Shown here piece by piece: positions 55,440 to 64,000 of a stretch of DNA of 64,000 nucleotides; positions within the stretch are counted from its first letter, which is position 1; each line of letters begins with the position of its first letter. The stretch is from the human T2T-CHM13v2.0 reference genome, Homo sapiens. The DNA lies in assembly GCF_009914755.1 (NCBI RefSeq), contig NC_060927.1; one strand, written 5' to 3'. Below the pieces are notes generated by a model that worked only from the letters and a program-made list of their open reading frames with translations, had not been told where the DNA came from and made no database searches. Position numbers and translations under genes: made by a program.

Positions 55440-55630
55440 TCTGTATTTGGGTGATCACAAGCTGACAGACTTCCACATGAAAATCCTGGCAGGAAGAGGT
55501 TCACCTTCATTACCTTAGTCAAGAGGGACATGTATGACATGAAGAGAAGCTCATATACAGGGGCAGAGGGGGTTCATATCCAGAAAAATCATGTTTGCCA
55601 GTGTCAGAGACGTTGTTAATACTGAGTGCA
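55440..55630 (+). pseudogene. Second, inverted actin-derived segment (about codons 178-250)
   Basis: Plus translation LYLGDHKLTDFHMKILAGRG versus [20 protein letters not shown], then across frameshifts FTFITLVKRD, gagaagct (EKL) and PEKSCLP versus LEKSYELP. The right boundary is uncertain. Confidence 0.72.
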
Positions 55631-56669
55631 GAGATCTTATTCTCTGTTTGATCTATCTGAAGTGGTTACTGCATTGGGTGAAAAGAACCTGGGCAGAGAG
55701 CATGAGAATCTCAGATTAAATTTTAATCATTATAATTTTGAAATATTTCAAGCAAACACTGAGTTGTTGCATTGAAAAAATATTATTTTGCAAATAATAA
55801 GTATTACACACTTTAGAGCTAACAGGCTTGTATTTGTTGTGTCTACCCCACCCACATCCAATTATATTAAAATGTCTTGGATACATGGCAAATGCTTAAA
55901 ATGTATTTGTTAATTTACTGGTAAATTAAACTTTGTCATAGTGAATAATATTTTATACATTAGTTGGCTATCTCAATGTGTCATTAAATAGTTTTTCTTT
56001 CCAAATTAATTATTATTAAAAGCATACTGATTTAAAACTAAGAATAATTTTACAGAGTCCTCAAACAACTTATGCTTTAGTGCTTGATGGGTTTTAAATA
56101 ATTAATGACAAAAATATTTGATTCTGACAAGCATTCTGGTATTAAGCAATTAACACAAACATTAGCATATGTGGATTTTAGAAGTCTGCCAAATAGCAAA
56201 TCTTTTGAAACAAATTGATGTTCATTGTTGTTTCATTTCCTTTTCTGCTTTAAATGTCAAATAATCACAGTTAACACAATGAAAGAATAGGCTTTAATTG
56301 TAAGCTATAAACAAGATGTAATTGCTAATAAAAGTTATTGTATACATAGGTGTGCCTTTATTTTTTGAGGCTATAATCCAGTCATGAAAATGAGCCCTGG
56401 TCCATGTTCTCAGTGTCTAAAGAAATCAGAGAATCAGATCTTAAGAAAATTTAATACGCTGAATATTCCCTTGTTACTCACTTTCTTTTTGTTTAAATTT
56501 CTTAGGTATTTGTGTTTAAAGAACTCCCAGTCCCTTTGTTAAGGGCAAAAGCTTATATTTTCTTAGCCTAATGAAAGACAAGCACAAGAAAGAAGTGAAA
56601 GGGGATGTGGATGAAAGGGGGATCAGAAAATATGCCTAGATTTGTTGTAAGTAACCAAATCCTCATGAT

Positions 56670-57435
56670 TACATCTAAACCTATCTACAGTACCACCATC
56701 TCTTGCCTGCCCTGTAATAGTGTCTTAACTGCTTTCCTCATGTTTTCTTCACACCTTTATATAGCAGCCAAGATGATTTTTTTATTTTTCTTTTTTTTCA
56801 CTTTTTAATTTTTTTTATTATATTTTAAGTTTTAGGGTACATGTGCAGAACGTGCAGGTTTGTTACATATGTATACATGTTTAAGAAGATAAATCAGATC
56901 ATATTTGTCACCCTTTAAGTCCCTCCAGTGGCTTCCTCTTGTCCAGAGAATAAAAGCCCGATGGCATACAATAACATACAATAACATACAATACCTCCTA
57001 TAGTCCTGTTCCTGCCTAGTAGCTCTACCTCATCCCATGCCACACCCCTACTATGCTCCAGCTACAAGGTCTCCTGTCCTGGCAGAGAACAAGCCCAGTT
57101 TTTCTGCCATAGGATTCACAGTTGCTGCTCCTTCTGCCAAGATGACTCTAGTTCTAGGTTTTTCCATGGCTGGCTTCTTCTAGGCTTTACAGTCTCAGTT
57201 TAAATGCCATATCAACAGAACTTTTCTTAATATATTAGAAAATGCATTTCCTATTCCACCCCTTTATTTCTTTACCCAACTTTATGTATTTCATAGCAAT
57301 AATCACTTTCCAAAATTATCTTGCTCACGTATTTCTTTTCTCCAACTCCTCTCCCTACTAAAATATAGGTTTGGCCAGGGATAGGCCTGGGGCAATGCCA
57401 GGCATATAGTAGGTGCTTAATAATATTGATTGAAA
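56670..57435 (+). mobile_element. L2 3' region, interrupted by a tiny L1PA fragment
   Basis: ccaccatctcttgcctg...atagcagccaagatgat|aaatcagatcatat...ccctccagtggcttcc...tgccaggcatatagtaggtgcttaataatattgattgaa. Confidence 0.75.
56777..56880 (-). mobile_element. About 60 nt of L1PA 3' end plus a T-rich tail
   Basis: ttattatattttaagttttagggtacatgtgcagaacgtgcaggtttgttacatatgtatacatgt; no TSD evident. Confidence 0.85.
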
Positions 57436-57937
57436 GCATGGATCTTGGATAATCCTGAACGCTAAAAAGCTGGCCCAGTGTTCAAGTTTAGATCTCTGTA
57501 TGAGATGTATCTGAGTAATATTTTGTCTCCTGTACTCATCATTTTAAAGTATTTAGAGGATGTGAATACTTTGTGACATGCTTAATTAGGTTTGTAAGCC
57601 TATCTTCAAAGAGCAGTGTTGGAATATAATTTATGTTTAATCAATCAGATACTAAATCACATGTGCCTGCAATGACCACATTCCCAGAAATCTGTGAAGG
57701 TATCTTGTGGGAGAGTGAATAGAAATCACTTAAATTTAACTTTACACATATTGAATATGGTTTATTGCTTAAAAGTCTGATATTGCTTTAACATGTTTGT
57801 TCATCCCTGACAGTTGAAGGAAATAAAAAATTAATTTATCTAACACTACTATGTTCTAGGCACTACAATAGGTAGTAGTACTTGGTATACAGAGAACAAA
57901 CAGCTACCAAGTTTTACCATCTAAAATATCAGAGTCT

Positions 57938-60900
57938 TTGCCTGATAATCTAGGGAATACTCCTGGATCTTACCCAAGCCCACCAAGGTGATAACTCTAC
58001 AGGTCTGCAAGACTTGCAGTGTTACTGGGCCTGCAGTGCCCACTAGTGAAAGATGGCTGCAGTGAACAAAGAATTAGATAACACCTGATTCCTTTCGAAT
58101 ATCCAATAAGCCTTCTCAAGAAGGATGGGTACAAACAAGCCCAGACTGTGAAGGTTAAAGTAACTATCTATCTCATCAATGCCAAGACATTGAAAAACAT
58201 CCACAAGCACCAAGATCATCCAGGAAAACATGACCTCACCAAACAAACTAAATAAGGCCCAAGGGACCAATCACAGATTGACAGAGATATGTGGCCTTTC
58301 AGACACAAAATTCAAAGGAGCTGTTTTGAGATAGCTCAATTGAATTCAAGATAACAAAGAGAGGAAATTCAGAGTCCTATCAGATAAACTTAACAAATAA
58401 ATTGAAATAATCTTTTTTAATTAAGCAGAAATTCTGGAGCTGAAAATTCAATTGAAAAACTGAAAAATACATCAGAGTCTATCAAAAGCAGAATTCATCA
58501 AACAGAAGAAAGACTTAGTGAGAGTGAAGACAGGCCATATGAAAATACACAGTCAGAGGGGACAAAAGGAAAAAAAGAATAAAGCATGCCTAGAAGATCA
58601 AGAAAATAGCCTCAAAAAAGCAAATCTAAGAATTATTTAGCCTGAAAAAGAAGGGAGAGGGAAATATTGTGGTAGAAATTTTATTCAAAAATATAATAAC
58701 AGAGAACTTTTTAAACCTAGAGAAAGGTATAAATATTCAAGTACAAAAAAGTCATAGAACATCAAGCCAATTTAGCCTAAATAAGACTATCTTGATACAT
58801 TTAATAGTCAAACTCCAAAAGGTCAAGGATAAAACAAAAATCCTAAAAGCAGCAAGAGAAAATACATACATAACATATAAAGCAACTCCACTACGTCTGG
58901 CAGCAGACTTCTCAGTGAAAAACGTATAAGCCAGGAGAAAGAGGAATGACATAATTAAAGTGCTGAAAGAAATAAACTTTTATCCTAGAATAGTACATCC
59001 AGAGAAAATATCTTTGAAATGTAAAGGAAAAATAAAGACTTTCCCAGACAAACAAAAGCTGGGGCATTTAATCACCACAAGATCTGTCCTATAAGAAATG
59101 CTAAAAACAGTTCTTCCATCTGAAAGAAGAGGATGTTAATAAGCAATAAGAAATTGTCTGAAGGTACACACTCACTAGTAACAGTAAGTATAAAGACAAA
59201 TACACAATCACACTGTAATTTGGGTGTGTAAACCACTCGTATCTTGAGTAGAAAGACTAAAAGACAAGCCAATCAAAAATAATAGCTACAAAACCTTTTT
59301 AAGAAATAGTCTAAAAAGATATACATAGAAACAACAAAAAGTTAAAAAATGAGAGAGATGCAGTTAGATTGTAGTGTTTTTATTACTTTTCTCTTTGCTT
59401 ATTTTTTGGTAGTTTTTTTCAATCAGACTTAATTTAGCAAAAGCTTAAAATAATTGATTATAAGATGTTATTTACAAGTCTCATGGTAATTTCAAATCCA
59501 AATATCTACAAGAGATCCAAGTAAAATGAAAAGCAAGAAATCAAAACATACCACCAGGGAACACCCCGTCTACACAAAGAAAAAACAAGCAGGAAGGCAA
59601 GAGGCAGGAAGGAAGAAAGGAAAGAAGAAGGAAGGGAGACAAGAAGAAAGAAAGGAAGGAAGACAAGAAAGAAGAATGAAAAGAAAAAAAGAAAAACCAC
59701 AAAATAATTTTAAAAGGCAAGGAATAGGATGGCATAGTAAGTCCTTACTTTTCAATAATAACATGGAATGTAAATAGACTAAACTTATCAATCAAAAGGC
59801 ATACAGTGGCTGAATGAATTAAAAAAATAAGACCCACCTATATACCGTTTACAATAAACTTATGTCATATATAAAGACACACAAAGGCGGAAAATAGATG
59901 GAAAAATATATTTCATGCAAAAAAAACCAAAAAGGAGCAGAAGTAGCTGTACTTAGATAAAATAGATTTCAAAACAAAAGCTATAAAAAAGGACAAAGAA
60001 GGTTACTATACAATGATAAAAGGGTCAGTTGAGCAAGAGGATATAACAAATGTAAATTCATGTGAACCCAACACTGGAGCACCCAAATACTTACATCAAA
60101 TATTACTAGAGCAAAATAAAAATATAGACCCCAATATAATAAAAGCTGGAGACTTCTACACTCACTTTCAGCTTTGGACAGGTCATCCAGACAAAAAAAT
60201 CAACTGATAAACATCACACTTAATCTGCACTATAGGAACAATGGACCTAATACATCGTTACAGAACATTTTCTCCAGTGGCTGCAGAATACACCCTTTTC
60301 TTCTCAGCACATACATTATTCTCAGTGATAACAGCACATGTTAGGACTCAAAATAATTTTTAAAAAAATTCAAAAAGTTGAAGTAATATCTATCGTTTCT
60401 GACCAAAATGGAATAAAACTAGAAAACAATAACAAGAGGAACTTTGAAAACTATACAAATGCATGCAAATTAAACAATATCTTCCTGAATGACCAGTGGG
60501 CAAATAAAGAAATTAAGAAGTAAACTGAAAAGTTTCTTGAAACAAATGAAAATGCAACATACCAAAATCTATGGAATATAGCAAAAGCAGTACTAAGAGG
60601 AAAATTTAGAGCAATAAGCTACCTCAAAAAAATTTAGAAAAACTTTAAATAAGCAACCTGATTATGTGTCCTAAAGAACCCCAAAGCAAGAGCAAACCAC
60701 AAAATTAGTAGAAGAAAAGAAATAATAAAGATAACAACAGAAATAAACTTAAGACAAAAATACAAAAGATCCATGAATCAGAGTTTATATTTTGAAAAAA
60801 GTAAACAAAATTGACAAAGCTCTACCCAGACTAATTAGAACAAAAAAGAGAAGACCCAAATAAATAAAATTAGATGAAAGGAGGCATTACAAGTGATAAC

Positions 60901-63840
60901 ACAGAAATACAAAGGATCATTAGAGACTACTATGCTCAACTATGTGCCAATAAATTGGAAAATCTAGAAGGAAATTGATAAATTCCTAGACACAACCCTT
61001 CAAGATTAAAACATAAAGAAATCCAAAACCTGAATAGACCAATAACAACCAACAATATTAAAGCCATAATAATAAGTCTTCCATCAAGAAAACCCTGGGA
61101 CCTGATTGTTTCACTGTTGAGTTCTACCAAACATTTAAAGAAACAATATGAATCTTAGTCAAGCTATTCCAAAAAGTAGAGGGGGGCAGAGTACTTCCAA
61201 ACTCATTCTATAAGGCCAGTGTTACCCTAACACCAAAACCAGGCAAAGACACAAGAAAAAAAGAAAACTATAGGTCAATATCCTTGATGAAAATTGATGC
61301 AAAAGTCTTCAACAAAATATTAGCAAACTGAATTCAACAGCACATTAAAAAGATCATTAATCACGATCACGTGTGATTTATCCAAGGAATGCAAGCATGA
61401 TTCAACATATGCAAATCAAAGAGACACATAATATCAACAGAATGAAGGACAAAAATCACGTAATCATTTCAATTGATGCTGAAACAGCATTTGGTAAAAT
61501 TCAAAATCCCTTCATGGTAAAAAACATTCAAGAAACTGGGTAGAGAAGAAACATACTTCAACACAATAAAAGTTACATATGGCAGACCCACAGATACTTT
61601 GTTCTGAATGGGGAAAAACAGAAAGCCATTCCTCTAAGATCTGGAACAGGAAAGAAATGCTCAGCACACTACTGGATGTCCTAGCTATAGCAATTAGACC
61701 AGAGAAAGACATAAAGACCATCTAAATTGAAATAGAAGTCAAACTATCTTTGTTTGCAGGCAAGTTAATCTTATGCATAGCAAAACCTAAAGACTCCATG
61801 AAAAAAATATTAGAACTGATACATTTGATAAAGTTGCAGGATGGAAAATCAACATACAAAATTCAGTAGCATTTCTGTATACTAAAAACAATCTGAAAAA
61901 GAAATCAAGAAAGTAAATGTATTTACAATAGCTACAAATAAAATACCTAGGAATAAACTTAACCAAAGTAGTGAAAGATCTCTACAATGAAAAGTATAAC
62001 ACATTAATGAAAGTAATTAAAGAGGGCACAAAAACCTGGAAAGATATTCCATGTTCATGGATTGGAAAATATATTGTTAAAGTGTCCATATTGCCTAAAG
62101 CAATCTGCAGATTCAGTGCATCCCTATCAAAATACCAATGATTGTCTTCACAAAATAATAGAAAAAAAATTCTAAAATGTATATGGAACCACAAAAATTC
62201 CAGAAAAGCCAAATCCATCCTGAGCAAAACAAAACTGGAGGAATCACATTACCTTAATTCAAATTATATTATAGAGCTGTAGTAGCCCAAACAACATGGT
62301 AGTGGCATAAAAACAGACACATAGACCAATGAAATAATAGAAAATCCAGAAGTAAGTCCATACTTCTACAATGAACTCATTTTTGAAAAGGTGTCAAGAA
62401 CATACATTGGAGAAAGGACATAAATCGTTTTGGGAAAACTGGATATCCAGAAGAATAAAACTAGACCCCTATCTCCCACCATGTACAAAAATCAAATCAA
62501 AATGGATTAAAGACTTAAATCTAAGACCTCAAACTATAAAACTGCTAAATAAAACTTTGGGGGAACTCTCCAGGACATTGGTCTGGGCAACAATTTCTTG
62601 AGTAATACCCTGAAAACACAGGCAACCAAAGCAAAAATGAACACCTCAGATCACATCAAGTTAAATAGCTCCTACACAGCAAAGGAAGCAACCAACAAAG
62701 TGCAGAGACAACTCACAGAATGGGAGAAAATATTTGCGAACTACTCATCTGCCAAGGGATTAATAACCAGAATACATAAGGAGCTCAAAGAACTCCACAG
62801 GAAAATTAGATCAATCTAATTTAAAAATAGGCAAAAGATCTGAATAGACATTTCTTAAAAGAAGACATATAAATGATCAAGAGGTATATAAAAAAAGTTC
62901 AACATCATTAATTATCAGAGAAATGCAAAGTGAAACTTCAATGAGCTATCATGTCACCCCAGTTAAAATGGCTTATGTCCAAAAGACAGGCAATAATGTA
63001 TGGTGGCAAAGATGTGGAGAAAGAGGAAACCCCATACACTGTAGGTGGGAATGTAAATTAGTACAACCACTATGGAGAACAGTATGTAAGTTCCTCAACA
63101 AACTAAAAATATAACTACCATATGATACAGCAATCCAACTGCTAGTTATATACCCCAAAGAAAGAAACTCATTAAATTGATGAGACGTCTGAATGCCCAT
63201 GTTTATCACAGCACTATTTACAGTAGCCAAGATTTGGAAACAACCTAAACAGGGTCCATCTACAGATGAATGGATAAAGAAAATGTTGCACATATACATA
63301 GAAGAATATAATTCAGCCACAGCAAGAATTAAATCCTGTTATTTACAACAACATAAATGGAGCTGGAGGTCATTATGTTAAGTGAAACAAGCGAGTCACA
63401 GGAAGAAAAATTTTGCACATTCTCACTCATTTGTGAGAGCTAAAAATTAAAAACAATTGAACTTATCACAATAAAGAGTAGAATAATGCTTATCAGAGTC
63501 TGGTAAGGGTAGCTGGGGCCAGTGGGTTGGGCGGGAGGACAAGGTAGGGAAGTGGGGATTTTTAATAAGTGCAAAAATATAGTTAGAAAGAGTGAATAAG
63601 ATATGGTGTTTAATAACACAATGGGGTGATTACAGTCAACAATAATGTATTGTTTATTTCAAAATAACCAAAAGAGTAAAATTAAAATATTCCTAAGACA
63701 AAGAACAGATAAATACTTGAATTGATACCCCAATTACTCTGATGTGATTATTACACATTGTATGCCTGTAATAAACCATCACAGTTACCCCATAAATATA
63801 TATACCTACTATGTACCCATAAACATTAAAAATTTAAAAA
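57938..63840 (+). mobile_element. 5'-truncated L1MA-type LINE-1 (#4), about 5.9 kb, ORF1 from about 58179 and ORF2 from about 59729 (broken), inserted in an antisense L2-like sequence
   Basis: ORF1 fragment 58669-58929 (KILKAARE, LRLAADFS); ORF2 pieces 60013-63381; L1MA 3'UTR; 16-bp TSD taaaat(a/t)tcagagtct at 57922-57937 and 63841-63856. Confidence 0.92.
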
Positions 63841-64000
63841 TAAAATTTCAGAGTCTACTGGGGTCTATTACATCTATAAAAATGATCATAGTGCAAGACA
63901 TGTCATGAAAAGTACTATGTAAAAGTACAAAATTTATTAATTCTAATTTAGGAGATTTGGAAAGACCACATTGAGAAGGTAAATTTTGATGAAATCCTTA

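Noticed and set aside
55334-55540. 68-aa minus ORF, and the 66-aa plus ORF at 54699-54899, as novel small proteins
   Set aside because: Chance frames across the rearranged actin pseudogene; only a short stretch (FSSFV...MGQWEAS) is in an actin frame.
59526-59791. Lys/Arg/Glu-rich and Phe/Leu/Ser-rich ORFs (also 28280-28591 and 24799-25140)
   Set aside because: Translations of purine-rich or microsatellite tracts.

Overview
Primate, most likely human, genomic DNA: AT-rich, CpG-depleted and roughly three-quarters interspersed repeat by eye. I see no intact protein-coding gene, RNA gene or CRISPR array; most track ORFs are broken L1 ORF1/ORF2, Tigger1 transposase, Alu or MaLR frames. The window holds four long, co-oriented (+) L1MA-type LINEs, an internally deleted L1PA15/16-type LINE, two complete LTR-internal-LTR MST (MaLR) elements, THE1/MLT solo LTRs, four Alus, Tigger1, MER30, HAL1-like, L2 and MIR remnants, and several microsatellites. 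The most informative non-routine signals are: (1) a heavily decayed, intronless cytoplasmic-actin pseudogene (about 54587-55430, minus) with a templated internal duplication and a second, inverted actin segment joined at a quasi-palindrome; (2) a TSD-flanked, nearly orphan L1 3' transduction (38929-39321); (3) a twin-primed L1MA with a doubled 3' end; (4) a very young AluYa-lineage insertion; (5) chimeric or deleted L1s that suggest recombination; and (6) a few weak splice-site and enhancer candidates in the unique DNA. I find no support for a previously undescribed biological system. Subfamily names come from recalled consensus sequences, not from a search, and boundaries without a TSD are approximate.
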